From positions 281,449 to 345,448 of the forward strand of contig OY764147.1 of assembly GCA_963668115.1 (NCBI GenBank): a stretch of DNA of 64,000 nucleotides, read 5' to 3'. Positions within the stretch are counted from its first letter, which is position 1. Each line of letters opens with the position of its first letter. The translations under genes were made by a program, and so were the position numbers. The stretch comes from Dehalococcoidia bacterium. Its GTDB lineage: Bacteria; Chloroflexota; Dehalococcoidia; Plut-88900. Shown here piece after piece: positions 1 to 9,591 of the stretch. The notes beneath the pieces are model-generated. The model made no database searches. It had not been told where the DNA came from and saw only the letters and a program-made list of their open reading frames with translations.

Positions 1-113
1 CTCATGCCCACGTTGAATAGTCCCGTCAACAAGGCTCTCAAGATCCGAAGTGTGGAGAATGATCACTCCCGACCCCCAGCGCCCCAACCCCACCTACAAA
101 AGACTTTGAGGGT

Positions 114-1286
114 TTAAATTCCTCTGTTGGCGGCCAGTTTGTGGTAGCCGTACTGGGTTGTTAGAGATTTGGTGAAGCGGTCGGGTTTGAGCTGCTCTAT
201 GTCGCAGGGAAGTGGACGGTCGAATACGAGGTCGGCGATTATTTTACCCAGGTAGGCGCTGCAGAGGATGCCAGGCAGGGTGACGGCCGCGAACAATCCT
301 TGCCAGCCAGGGACACCACCGAGAACGGTGATGCCGTCGGAGGGGTTGGGGCGGGGGCCTGCCAGGTGCTCCACAAGCTCTGCGTCTTCTATGCAGGGCA
401 TCATGCGGGAAACGCGCTCTAGGATGGCCTGGCGGCCCTCGGCGGTGGGTATGTTGTCGAACTTGCCGGGCTGTATGGTGGCGCCGGCATAGATGAGGCC
501 GTTGGCCCGGCGGTGCAGGTGGACGGGGAGCTCTTCCCCGTCTTCGGAGGTCTCGAAACTGGCGACCCAATAAGGCCAATAGTCTTCATCATCTTTGCGA
601 AGTGTGAGCAGGTCGCCCTTCATACCATCAATTTCAAGGGGGAAACCGGTCCATTCCTTGGCCTTGCCGGTCCAGGCACCCATGGCAAGGACTGCACTAT
701 CACACTCTATGGTTCCCACAGAGGACTCTACTCCGGTAATTTTGCCTCCACTTTGAGAAAGGCCGGTGGCTTCGCCTATGACGACCTCTGCGCCACGGTT
801 CTCGGCGACCTTGGCGTAGGCGAGAGTGGTCCGATAGGCGTCGAGCTGTCCGGCGCCCTCCTCCAGTATTCCTCCAAGTATGGGTTCGGCGATGCGGGGT
901 TCGATGCGGTGAATGTCTTCAGGCGTGAGCATGACATGGCCGGATTTAGGGCCCTGTTCGAGCATGTAGTCCCAGGTGGGCTGGGTTCGTGCGACCTCCA
1001 GCCAGGGCATCTCCCGCATCATGATATCGATGCCTGCCTGTTCTGCTATGTCGGGAACGATGTATTTGAGGAACCGGACGGAGCGGCGCATGAAATCGGC
1101 GTGAAACTGGGGCTCGACGTAGTGAAGAGGGAGAGTGAAGGCTCCGGCTCCGTGACCCGAGGCCCCGCTGCCAAGGGCGTCGCGCTCCAGGACGATGACC
1201 TTGGCGCCCGCCTCGGTGAGGAAGTAGGCGCAGGCTGTGCCTACGATGCCGCCGCCTATTACCACGATGTCTGCTTTGTGTGGCAA
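114..1286 (-). CDS. FAD-dependent oxidoreductase, glycine/D-amino-acid oxidase family
   Basis: N-terminal GGGIVG dinucleotide-binding motif, GASGHGAG, C-terminal GPRP...DG motif. Confidence 0.85.
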   Translation of the reverse strand: MPHKADIVVIGGGIVGTACAYFLTEAGAKVIVLERDALGSGASGHGAGAFTLPLHYVEPQFHADFMRRSVRFLKYIVPDIAEQAGIDIMMREMPWLEVARTQPTWDYMLEQGPKSGHVMLTPEDIHRIEPRIAEPILGGILEEGAGQLDAYRTTLAYAKVAENRGAEVVIGEATGLSQSGGKITGVESSVGTIECDSAVLAMGAWTGKAKEWTGFPLEIDGMKGDLLTLRKDDEDYWPYWVASFETSEDGEELPVHLHRRANGLIYAGATIQPGKFDNIPTAEGRQAILERVSRMMPCIEDAELVEHLAGPRPNPSDGITVLGGVPGWQGLFAAVTLPGILCSAYLGKIIADLVFDRPLPCDIEQLKPDRFTKSLTTQYGYHKLAANRGI

Positions 1287-1320
1287 TTTAGGCTCCTTGT
1301 TTTGAGTGGTCAGCTTTTCC

Positions 1321-1361
1321 TCACCCTCACCCTAGCCCTCTCCTCTCAAGGGAGAGGGGAC
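1321..1361. repeat. REP-like palindrome, CCCTCACCC..CCTCTCC-N-GGAGAGGG type
   Basis: tcaccctcaccctagccctctcctctcaagggagaggggac; related copy at 14773-14837. Confidence 0.7.
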
Positions 1362-1384
1362 AGGACACCACCCAACACACCCAT

Positions 1385-1409
1385 GGATTCCCGACTTCTC
1401 GGGAATGAC
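1385..1409. repeat. REP/dRS3-like palindrome GGATTCC-N-GGAATGAC
   Basis: ggattcccgacttctcgggaatgac; identical at 18697-18721; related at 4698, 4890, 7473, 19426, 55379, 56397, 56521. Confidence 0.8.
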
Positions 1410-1417
1410 TAGGCCAG

Positions 1418-2575
1418 TTAGACAGATAGGGAGTAGAGTTTGGCACAGTTGTCCCACATTACTTTCTTTTTGGCTTCTTCGGACAGGGGTAGCTTGAGGA
1501 AGCTGTCGGTGGCGAAGGGGTAGATGGAGTCGGGGTGGGGGTAGTCGGTTGAGAATACGAAGTTGTCAGTGCCGACCCAGTCGATGGCGTATTTGGATGG
1601 CTCTTCGTCGGGGTCAATGACGGCGTAGCATTGTCGCTTGAAGTACTCGCTGGGGGCCATGGAGAGGTACTTGGAGGCCTGCTCCTGCCGGTGTTCGTAA
1701 TGTTCGTCCATACGCCAGAGCCAGAAGGGGAGCCAACCGGCGTTGCATTCGAGGTGAGCTACCCGGATCCCGGGGAACTTCTCCAGGACGCCACCGGCGC
1801 ACATGCAGAGGGCGGCGTACATCTGCTCGACGGGGTGACAGGCGACGTGGCCCATGGTCCATATGCGGTCGGGTTCGTCGTAGAAGCGGTCGGCAATGGC
1901 CTGGGGGAGGTTGCACTTGAAGGTCTCGTGGAAGGTGACGGCCATGTCCAGTTCCTGGCAGACGGCCCAAAGGCGGTCGTACTCGTCGCTGTGCCAGTTT
2001 CGTCCTCGTATGGGGTTTGGGTGGAGGTAGATGCCGACGAAATCCAGCTCTTCACGGGTGCGCCGGACCTCGGCGACGGCGTTGTCGATGTTGGAGACGA
2101 GGATCATGGCGATGCCCTTGAGCCGGGAGGGGCTTTCGGAGCAGAAGTCGGCGAGCCAGTTGTTGTAGGCCTTGGCGACGGCGTCGGCGAAGGGTTCGTC
2201 TTCGTAATCGACACCTGCGACGACCATGCCTCGAGAGGGATAAAGGTTGGCAACGTCCAAACCCTCGACCTCCATGGCGTTGACCTGGGAGACGGGGTCG
2301 AAGCGGCTGTCTATGGCTTCCTGCATGTATTCGTTGCTTCGGGAGTGAGAGATGTTGAGCCGGGCCTTTTCCTCCTCGTGCTCCAGGTGTTTCTGGTTGG
2401 AGAGGAAAGCGCCAAGAATGTCACCTTCAATGGTGGTGTTCATGTCGACGGGGTCTTTGCTGGTGCCGACGGGGGCCCGGTCCTTGTAGGCGGTGTCGAT
2501 GTAGTTGAGCCAGAGATCCCAAGGCTCGTGGGTGTGCATGTCACTGTCCATGACTTTGAAACCGTTCTTTGCCAT
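1418..2575 (-). CDS. Amidohydrolase family protein (Amidohydro_2-like)
   Basis: DSDMH metal motif, FSTDYPH, NCAKLY C-terminus. Confidence 0.9.
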   Translation of the reverse strand: MAKNGFKVMDSDMHTHEPWDLWLNYIDTAYKDRAPVGTSKDPVDMNTTIEGDILGAFLSNQKHLEHEEEKARLNISHSRSNEYMQEAIDSRFDPVSQVNAMEVEGLDVANLYPSRGMVVAGVDYEDEPFADAVAKAYNNWLADFCSESPSRLKGIAMILVSNIDNAVAEVRRTREELDFVGIYLHPNPIRGRNWHSDEYDRLWAVCQELDMAVTFHETFKCNLPQAIADRFYDEPDRIWTMGHVACHPVEQMYAALCMCAGGVLEKFPGIRVAHLECNAGWLPFWLWRMDEHYEHRQEQASKYLSMAPSEYFKRQCYAVIDPDEEPSKYAIDWVGTDNFVFSTDYPHPDSIYPFATDSFLKLPLSEEAKKKVMWDNCAKLYSLSV

Positions 2576-2591
2576 TGGGGGCTCCTTTCAG

Positions 2592-3749
2592 CTAATTGGC
2601 GATGCCGTATAGCCTGGCGCAATTGTCCCAGAGGACTTTCCTCTTGGATTCTTCAGATAGGGGAAGTTTCAGGAATTCGTCGATGGCGAAGGGGTACTTG
2701 CCGTCGGCGTGGGGGTAGTCGGTGGAGAAGACGAAGTTGTCGTCGCCGATCCAGTCTACGGCATATTCGGCGGGGCCTTCGTCGGGGTCTATGGCGAGGT
2801 AGCACTGGCGCTTGAAGGTCTCGCTGGGGAGGACGGACTGGTAGCGGGAGGCCTGTTCCTGGCGGTGCTCGTAGTGCTCGTCCATGCGCCAGAGCCAGAA
2901 GGGGAGCCAGCCCGTGTTGCACTCGAGGAAGGCGACCCGGAGTTCCGCGTATTTGTCCAGGATGCCGCCGGCGCAGAAGCAGAGACAGGCGTACATCTGC
3001 TCGATGGGGTGGCAGGCGACGTGGCCCATAGTCCAGATATGGTCGGGCTCATCGTAGAAGCGGTCGGCGATGGCCTGGGGAAGGCTGCACTTGAAGGTCT
3101 CGTGGAAGGTTACGGGGACGTCCAGGTCCTGGCACTCCTGCCATAGGGGGTCGTAGACGGGGTTGTGCCAGTTGCGGCCCTGCACGGGATTCGGGTGGAG
3201 GTATGCGGAGAGGAAGCCCATTTCGTTGTGGGTGCGGCGCACCTCGGTGACGGCTTCCTCAACGTCGGTGGCGAGGACCATGGCGGCGGGACGCATCTTG
3301 TCGGGGTCCTGGCTGCAAAAGTCGTGAATCCAGTCGTTGTAGGCCCGGGCCACGGCACCCGCGTAACGGCCGTCCTGGTAGGGGACGCCTGCGACCGACA
3401 TGCCCCGGGTGGGGAAGATAATGGCCAGGTCGAGCCCCTCGGTGTCCATGGCATGAAGCTGGGACACGGGGTCGAAGCCGCGGTCTACGGCAGGCTTCAG
3501 GTACTTGTTCCCGTGCTCGGCCTCTACTTTCCGGCGGCTTGTTTCCTCCTCGTTGCTTTGGATGTCAGCATCGGCGAGGAAGGCGGCGATGGGCTTTCCC
3601 TGAATGGCCATGTTCATGACCAACTGGTTTTCGGTCATCCCGACGGGCGCGAGGTCACGGTACTCGGGGTCGATGTTATTGAGCCACACATCCCAGGTCT
3701 CGTTGACGTGCATATCGCTGTCCATGACCTTGAAGCCGTTCTTGGTCAT
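2592..3749 (-). CDS. Amidohydrolase family protein, tandem paralog of 1418..2575
   Basis: Start reassigned to MTKNGFK (ATG 3749, GAAAGGA upstream), giving the same length and N-terminus as the neighbour; DSDMH and FSTDYPH motifs. Confidence 0.9.
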   Translation of the reverse strand: MTKNGFKVMDSDMHVNETWDVWLNNIDPEYRDLAPVGMTENQLVMNMAIQGKPIAAFLADADIQSNEEETSRRKVEAEHGNKYLKPAVDRGFDPVSQLHAMDTEGLDLAIIFPTRGMSVAGVPYQDGRYAGAVARAYNDWIHDFCSQDPDKMRPAAMVLATDVEEAVTEVRRTHNEMGFLSAYLHPNPVQGRNWHNPVYDPLWQECQDLDVPVTFHETFKCSLPQAIADRFYDEPDHIWTMGHVACHPIEQMYACLCFCAGGILDKYAELRVAFLECNTGWLPFWLWRMDEHYEHRQEQASRYQSVLPSETFKRQCYLAIDPDEGPAEYAVDWIGDDNFVFSTDYPHADGKYPFAIDEFLKLPLSEESKRKVLWDNCARLYGIAN

Positions 3750-3862
3750 AGCAAGAGTCCTTTCGGTGTGGATTGGGGTCTCGGGGGTCTGGATGGGGTC
3801 ATGATACTCCGAGGGTTGGGGGTAATCAAACCTGTGCATTCGTCCGGTAGATTGGCGGCACA

Positions 3863-4486
3863 CCGGGCTTTTATTCGGTTGTGGGGTTTCGTTTTCTGTT
3901 TTGTCTGTTGGGTTTTGGGTAGGCGATGGAGGTCCGGGACTCTGATGCAGGATGACTATGGCACCTATGCCGACGCTTCCAGTCCGCCATAGCGGATGTA
4001 TCACATCGGCGTCTGTACTGCCTAATCCCCACACATGCCATTGGGGACTTGCCTGTGTCGAGGGCGTCCCTGGGTGGGGCAATCCGTCCTGCATCAGCGC
4101 TCGACCGCTGAGCGGGACAGCATTCGGCTCGAAGCCGTCACGGGCGGAACGGAGTCCTCCGATGATTACGACGGCGGAGCCGCGTAGGGGCACTGAGGCC
4201 CTGATCCCGGTAACGCCGGGCCGTAAGATTTCGCCGGCGAGTCAATGCCAGCGACATAGGCGTCCCAAGATAGGGAGCACCGATTCGGCAGAGGCCCCTT
4301 AGCGGGGCATACCGCGTAGAGCAGATGGACCTTCCATCGCCTGGATGGTTAGGGAAGGGGCACGGGACCCTTGTAGTGAGGGGGTGACATCCCTGACGTC
4401 TGTGGGATGACATCCTCGGATGGGTCGGGTGGGCTTCCCTGGGTTTTTGGTTCCTCCTTAAGTTATTGGATTAGTGTTCGCGAACG
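3863..4486 (-). ncRNA. Putative large structured ncRNA, family copy 1 (unrecognised)
   Basis: Promoter at 4493-4521; closing helix 4327-4342 with 3921-3935; nested 11-bp helix 3942-3952/4087-4097; motifs shared with copies 2 and 3. Confidence 0.7.
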
Positions 4487-4492
4487 GAGGGT

Positions 4493-4521
4493 ATGATAAC
4501 GCCTTTGCTCAGACGTGTCAA
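4493..4521 (-). promoter_or_regulatory. sigma70-type promoter TTGACA-17-TATCAT driving ncRNA copy 1
   Basis: Minus strand ttgaca cgtctgagcaaaggcgt tatcat; nearly identical at 19285-19313. Confidence 0.85.
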
Positions 4522-4544
4522 GCAAATGTGCGGGTTTGGAGGGA

Positions 4545-4940
4545 ATTCCCTCCGGCCCCTTGGGGAACCCTCACCTTCTGGCCCCCTCTCACGCCATAGG
4601 CGCATCTTCGACCCTTAGGGCCTCTAGTTCAGTACTGGGGAGAAAGGGAGGGAACGGAGGTGGATTGCGAGGATGAAGGTGATTATTCCGGAGGGATGGA
4701 TTCCCGACTACTCGGGAATGACGAAAAGAGGTGGGTGGGGATGATGGGGGTGAGCGGTGGGCTGGCGCAACAGATTCACGCCATAGGCGCACGCCCAGGC
4801 GCATCTTCGACATCTCCGACCTAGCGGGGCATCGGAATGGGAAGGGGAGGGGTGAGTTGCGGTGGTGTAGGTGAGTGTTTCGGAGGGATGGATTCACGCC
4901 ACAGGCGCATCTTCGACCTGCCTCCGCAGGAATGACGAAG
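4545..4940. repeat. Mosaic of REP-like palindromes with nested short inserts
   Basis: GGATTC..GAATGAC hairpins at 4698-4722 and 4890-4936, repeated acgccataggcgcatcttcgac-like unit, conserved gtttcggagggat-like lead-in. Confidence 0.75.
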
Positions 4941-4960
4941 GAGGAAGGGGACGATAGACT

Positions 4961-6658
4961 TTAGATCGAGAGCATGGATTGGGCTTCGGGGACGGCGTTG
5001 GAGAGGGGCGCCATGCGTTTTTCTAAGGTGGAGCGGTCGGTGATTTCTACGGCGTCCTGCTTGAGGTTTCGGGGGCTTACGGTGAGGCGCACGGGAATGC
5101 CTAGGAGGTCGGCGTCGTTGAACTTGACGCCGGGGGACTCGTCGCGGTCGTCGTAGAGGACTTCGATGCCGGCGGCCTGGAGGGAGTCGTAGAGCTGGTC
5201 TGCGGCCTCGGCGACACCGGGCCGGTCGAGGGATAGGGCGCAGATGTGGACGTGGTAGGGGGCGATGGGGTGGGGCCAGACGATGCCGTGCTCGTCGTGG
5301 TTCTGCTCCATGGCGGCGGCCATGAGCCTGCCGACACCGATGCCGTAGCATCCCATGACGATGGGCTTTTGCCGGCCGTCCTGGTCGGAATAGTAGGCGC
5401 CGAGGGACTCGCTGAAGAAGGTGCCGAGCTTGAAGACGTGGCCAACCTCTATTCCACGGGTGATGCTGAGGGGTTGGCCACAGTTAGTGCAGCCCTGGCC
5501 GGCTTCGACCTCGGCGATATCAGTGATGGCGTCGGCGCGAAAGTCTCGGGGGTAGTTGGCGTTGAGGAGGTGGGTGTCGGGCTTGTTTGCGCCGACCACG
5601 AAGTTGTCGCCGAGCTCGATGGAGTCATCTGCAATGCACTTCAGGTCGCCGCGGCCGATGGGGGAGGCGGAACCTGCTACAAGGCCCGCGGCCTTGACCT
5701 CTTCGTCGGTGGCGAGCCGGAGGTCGGTGGCGTGGAGGAGGTTCTTGAGCTTGACGTCGTTGACTTCCAGGTCGCCGCGGATGACTACAAAGACCATTTC
5801 GCCGTCGGCGGTGTAGAAGACGGCTTTCAAGGTTTTGGACTCGGGGACGCCGACGAATTCGGCGAGACCCTTGATGGTCTTGACGCCGGGTGTTGCAACT
5901 TCTTCAAGGGGCAAGGGGCCGGTCCTGGGCTGGTCGGACTTCACGCCCGAGGCCCGCTCCATGTTGGCGGCGAACCCGCAACCAGGACACTGAACTATCT
6001 GGTCCTCGCCGCTCTCGGCGATGAGGATGAACTCGTGGGAGTCCTTGCCGCCGATGGCTCCACTGTCTGCCTCGACGGCGAGGGCAGGTAGGCCGCAGCG
6101 CCGGTAGATGTTCCGGTAGGCCTGGACCATCTTGTCGTAGCTGACATCGAGGCCGGCCTGGTCTACGTCCATGCTGTAGAGGTCTTTCATGTCGAACTCA
6201 CGGACACGCATGAGACCGGCGCGGGGCCGGGGCTCATCACGGAGCTTGGTCTGTATCTGGTAGGGCATGCGGGGCATGTCCTTGTAGCTGTGGATGTGCT
6301 GGACGGCCATCTGGGTGATGACCTCCTCGTGGGTCGGGGCTAGGCAGAGGGGTCTGCCGCGTCGGTCCTGCAGCTTGAAGAGGTTATCCCCGAAGGCGGA
6401 GGCCCGGCCGCTGGTCTCCCAGAGCTCAAGGGGCTGGATGACGGGCATTTTGACTTCCTGCCCGCCTGCTGCATTCATCTCTTCCCGGATGATGCTTTCG
6501 ATCTTGCGAAGGACCCTCCATGCTATGGGCATGTAGCTGTATACGCCGGCGGAGACCTGGTGGACCATACCGGCCTTGAGCATTAGCCGATGGCTTATGG
6601 ACTCGGCCTCGGCGGGCTCGCTCCTGAGGGTCTTTCCGAACATCCGGGAGAGGCGCAT
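4961..6658 (-). CDS. proS: Proline--tRNA ligase
   Basis: PTHEE, RDEPRPRAGLMRVREF, GIEVGHVFKLG, MGCYGIG motifs; editing insertion. Confidence 0.97.
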   Translation of the reverse strand: MRLSRMFGKTLRSEPAEAESISHRLMLKAGMVHQVSAGVYSYMPIAWRVLRKIESIIREEMNAAGGQEVKMPVIQPLELWETSGRASAFGDNLFKLQDRRGRPLCLAPTHEEVITQMAVQHIHSYKDMPRMPYQIQTKLRDEPRPRAGLMRVREFDMKDLYSMDVDQAGLDVSYDKMVQAYRNIYRRCGLPALAVEADSGAIGGKDSHEFILIAESGEDQIVQCPGCGFAANMERASGVKSDQPRTGPLPLEEVATPGVKTIKGLAEFVGVPESKTLKAVFYTADGEMVFVVIRGDLEVNDVKLKNLLHATDLRLATDEEVKAAGLVAGSASPIGRGDLKCIADDSIELGDNFVVGANKPDTHLLNANYPRDFRADAITDIAEVEAGQGCTNCGQPLSITRGIEVGHVFKLGTFFSESLGAYYSDQDGRQKPIVMGCYGIGVGRLMAAAMEQNHDEHGIVWPHPIAPYHVHICALSLDRPGVAEAADQLYDSLQAAGIEVLYDDRDESPGVKFNDADLLGIPVRLTVSPRNLKQDAVEITDRSTLEKRMAPLSNAVPEAQSMLSI

Positions 6659-6729
6659 GGGTGGCTCCTGTTTGCCGCGTTGTCAAATAGGTGTAGATTG
6701 TAGCACCGAGGGCTGTCAGAGAGGCCGGA

Positions 6730-7407
6730 ATGCTAAACATCGCACATCGGGGATATACGAGGGAGTGGCCGGGAAATACTCTGGAGGCGATCGAGGCGGC
6801 GATCATGTTGGGTGTAGATGCGGTGGAGGTAGATGTACAGGAGACGGGAGATGGATGCTTTGTGTTGGCGCACGATGTGACAATTAAGGGCAGAAACATT
6901 GGCGAGATGGCACTTTCGGAGGTGATGGGATTTGGCATGGGGCAGGGGTGTCGGGTGGCGACGCTAGAGGAGGCGCTGGATGTGTGTCGTGGGGAGGTGG
7001 GGGTGGTACTGGAGTTGAAGGATGTGAGGTCGATAGGACGGTTTATGGAGATTGTTAAGGGGTCGGGGGAGGAGGGGAGGGTGGGGATTTGCTCGTTTGA
7101 CGCGGGGCTTTTGAGGAGAGTCAGGAAGGCGGAGTCGGATCTGCGCATGGGGTTGATTGTGGATGTGCCGCCTCGGGAGCCGGTGAGGGCGTTGGAGGGG
7201 CTTGGGTGCGAGGTTGTCGGGGTGCGGGCGCCTCTTATTGCGGAGTCGTTGGTGGAGAGTATTCACGCGGCAGGCAGGATGGTGTTCGGGTGGGGGGTGG
7301 AGGATGTGTCGGGTGTGGACAGGTTGATGTGGCTGGGGGTGGATGGGTTGGTTACGGACATTCCGGATGTGGTGAGGGGGAGGGTGGGGGTAAGCATGGA
7401 CATTTAG
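6730..7407 (+). CDS. Glycerophosphodiester phosphodiesterase family
   Basis: AHRG..NT, VEVDV, HD, GVDGLVTD motifs. Confidence 0.88.
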   Translation: MLNIAHRGYTREWPGNTLEAIEAAIMLGVDAVEVDVQETGDGCFVLAHDVTIKGRNIGEMALSEVMGFGMGQGCRVATLEEALDVCRGEVGVVLELKDVRSIGRFMEIVKGSGEEGRVGICSFDAGLLRRVRKAESDLRMGLIVDVPPREPVRALEGLGCEVVGVRAPLIAESLVESIHAAGRMVFGWGVEDVSGVDRLMWLGVDGLVTDIPDVVRGRVGVSMDI

Positions 7408-7419
7408 TCAGACGTGGCC

Positions 7420-7521
7420 CCACCCCGCTCATACTTCGAGAGCCTCAGCATGAGCGGCCCAAGTCCGAGGATGGATTCACGCCAATGGCGTACTTACAGC
7501 CGGCTCGGGGGCCGGAATGAC
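7420..7521. repeat. REP cluster between convergent genes
   Basis: cttcgagagcctcagcatgagcgg plus a GGATTC..GAATGAC hairpin with a 22-nt insert. Confidence 0.65.
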
Positions 7522-7526
7522 GGATG

Positions 7527-8750
7527 TTAGTTGAGGGAGTTAGGGCCCCAGCGGGTTTCCACGTAGTCTTCGACCATCTGGACGAAGTCGTTGGCTATGG
7601 TCGGGCCTTCAAGGAATTTGAGGCGCTTGCCGTCGACGAAGACGGGGGCGCGAGGAGATTCGCCGGTGCCGGGGAGGGAGATGCCGATGTCGGCGACTCG
7701 GGACTCGCCGGGGCCGTTGACCACGCAACCCATTACGGCGACTTTGAGGGTCTCGGCGCCGTCATAGCGGGACTTCCATTCGGGCATCTTGTTGTCGAGG
7801 TGCTGCTGGATGTCCCGGGCGAGCTCCCGGAAAAGGGTGGAGGTGGTGCGGCCGCAGCCGGGGCAGGCGGTTACGGCGGGTCGGAAGGAGCGAAGACCGA
7901 GGGATTGAAGGACCTCCTGGCAGAGGCGCACCTCCCGGGCGCGATCTCCGCCGGGCTCGGGGGTTAGGCTGGAGCGGATGGTGTCGCCGATGCCCTCGTA
8001 GAGGAGGATGGAGAGGGCGGAGGTGGTGGCGACTATGCCCTTGGTTCCCATACCGGCCTCGGTGAGGCCGAGATGGAGGGGAAAATCGCACTGCCGCGAG
8101 ATTTCCCGGTAGGCTTCTACCATCTGGTTGAGGCGGGAGACCTTGCAGGAGATGATTATCTTGTCTTCGGGGAGGCCGAGTTCAACCGCGGCGGAGGCGC
8201 TGGATATGGCACTTTCGACCAGGGCTTCCCGCTCGACCTCGTCACCGGAGATGGGGTCGGGCCTGCGGGAGTTTTCGTCCATCTTACGGGCGAGGATGTC
8301 GGGGTCGAGGCTGCCGGCATTGACGCCGATGCGGACCGGCTTATCAAGATCACGGGCCACTTCGATGAAGGTGGTGAAGTTCTGGTCGTGGCGGGGGCCT
8401 CTGCCTACGTTGCCGGGGTTGATCCTGAACTTGTCAAGGGTCCGGGCGCAGTCGGGGTGGGTGCGGAGGAGGCGGTGGCCTATGAAGTGGAAATCGCCAA
8501 TCAGCGGAACAGTGCAGCCGATGTCATCGAGGCGTTGGCGGATGTGGGGCACGGCGGCGGCGGCGGCATCATTGTTGACGGTTACGCGCACGAGCTCGGA
8601 ACCGGCGTCGGCAAGAAGCTTAACCTGGGATACGGTGGCCTCGATATCGGCGGTGTCGGTGTCGGTCATGGACTGGACGACTATCCGGCTGCCGCCGCCG
8701 ATGGGAACACCGCCTACGGATACTTGCTTGGTGAGACGTCGGTTAGTCAT
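7527..8750 (-). CDS. ispG: (E)-4-hydroxy-3-methylbut-2-enyl-diphosphate synthase
   Basis: [35 protein letters not shown]. Confidence 0.97.
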   Translation of the reverse strand: MTNRRLTKQVSVGGVPIGGGSRIVVQSMTDTDTADIEATVSQVKLLADAGSELVRVTVNNDAAAAAVPHIRQRLDDIGCTVPLIGDFHFIGHRLLRTHPDCARTLDKFRINPGNVGRGPRHDQNFTTFIEVARDLDKPVRIGVNAGSLDPDILARKMDENSRRPDPISGDEVEREALVESAISSASAAVELGLPEDKIIISCKVSRLNQMVEAYREISRQCDFPLHLGLTEAGMGTKGIVATTSALSILLYEGIGDTIRSSLTPEPGGDRAREVRLCQEVLQSLGLRSFRPAVTACPGCGRTTSTLFRELARDIQQHLDNKMPEWKSRYDGAETLKVAVMGCVVNGPGESRVADIGISLPGTGESPRAPVFVDGKRLKFLEGPTIANDFVQMVEDYVETRWGPNSLN

Positions 8751-8772
8751 GAAGATAGTTTAACAGTCGGGG

Positions 8773-9522
8773 CTACTGGGCGGTAATGCCACCATCCACT
8801 ACGAGTTCCGAGCCGGTTACGAATGAGGATTCGTCGGAGGCGAGGAAGAGGATGACGTTGGCGACTTCCTCGGGTTCCCCGAAGCGGCCCATGGGGACCC
8901 GGGCGAGATTGTCGGCAAGCTTGTCCGGGAATTCCATCACCTCGTGCATCATGGGGGCGTTGATGGGGCCCGGGTGGACGGAGTTGGCCCGAACGCCGAG
9001 CTTGGCGTTCTGGATGGCGGTTGACTTGGTGAAGATGCGCACCGCGGCCTTGGACGCGCCGTAGGATGCGGTATTGGGCCCGGCGACGATGCCGGCGGTG
9101 GAGGAGAGGTTGACTATGGAGCCGTTGCTGTGGCGTTTCATCTCGGAGAGGACGGCCTTGGTGCCTAGAAAGACGCCCTTGGCGTTGACGGCCATGGTGC
9201 GGTCCCAGAGGTCTGCGGTCTCGTCCTCTATGCGGTCACGCTTGATGACCCCGGCGTTGTTAACGAGAATGTCGAGCTTGCCGTAGCGGTCGATGGCGAG
9301 GGCCACGGCGTCCGCCCAGGCGGACTCGGAGGTGACATCGAGGGGGGTGAAGGCGATTTCACCCCCTGCTTCCCGGACCTCGCTGGCGAGGAGCTGGCCC
9401 TCTTCGAGGAGAACGTCGCCGACTACCACGGAAGCACCCTCGGCGGCGAAGCGTCGGGCGACGGCGGCACCGATGCCTCGGGCCCCGCCGGAAATGAGAG
9501 CCACTTTTCCTTCAAGCCTCAT
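8773..9522 (-). CDS. SDR family oxidoreductase
   Basis: GGARGIG, NNAG, YGASK, VDGG. Confidence 0.93.
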   Translation of the reverse strand: MRLEGKVALISGGARGIGAAVARRFAAEGASVVVGDVLLEEGQLLASEVREAGGEIAFTPLDVTSESAWADAVALAIDRYGKLDILVNNAGVIKRDRIEDETADLWDRTMAVNAKGVFLGTKAVLSEMKRHSNGSIVNLSSTAGIVAGPNTASYGASKAAVRIFTKSTAIQNAKLGVRANSVHPGPINAPMMHEVMEFPDKLADNLARVPMGRFGEPEEVANVILFLASDESSFVTGSELVVDGGITAQ

Positions 9523-9591
9523 GTTGGTTGCTCCTTAGGCGAGACTCTATTGCTGTTTGCAAGCATAGGCAGTTCAGGTTGTGGAAAGAGT

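Noticed and set aside
513-3992. Long antisense ORFs (e.g. 513..1412, 1631..2815, 3165..3992, and similar elsewhere)
   Set aside because: Shadow frames of real GC-rich genes with no recognisable motifs.
3750-4193. 148-aa N-terminal extension of the amidohydrolase ORF 2592..4193
   Set aside because: The paralog starts at the equivalent of ATG 3749, which has an SD; the extension reads through the structured RNA and looks non-protein-like.
4276-4290. gcaccgattcgg resemblance to a tracrRNA 3' hairpin
   Set aside because: Short match on the strand opposite the promoter; no Cas9 or anti-repeat.
3921-4342. Retron msr-msd, RNase P, group I/II intron or hammerhead identity for the RNA
   Set aside because: No reverse transcriptase in the window, and I found no RNase P P4 partner, group II domain V, group I P7 context or CUGANGA/GAAA core.
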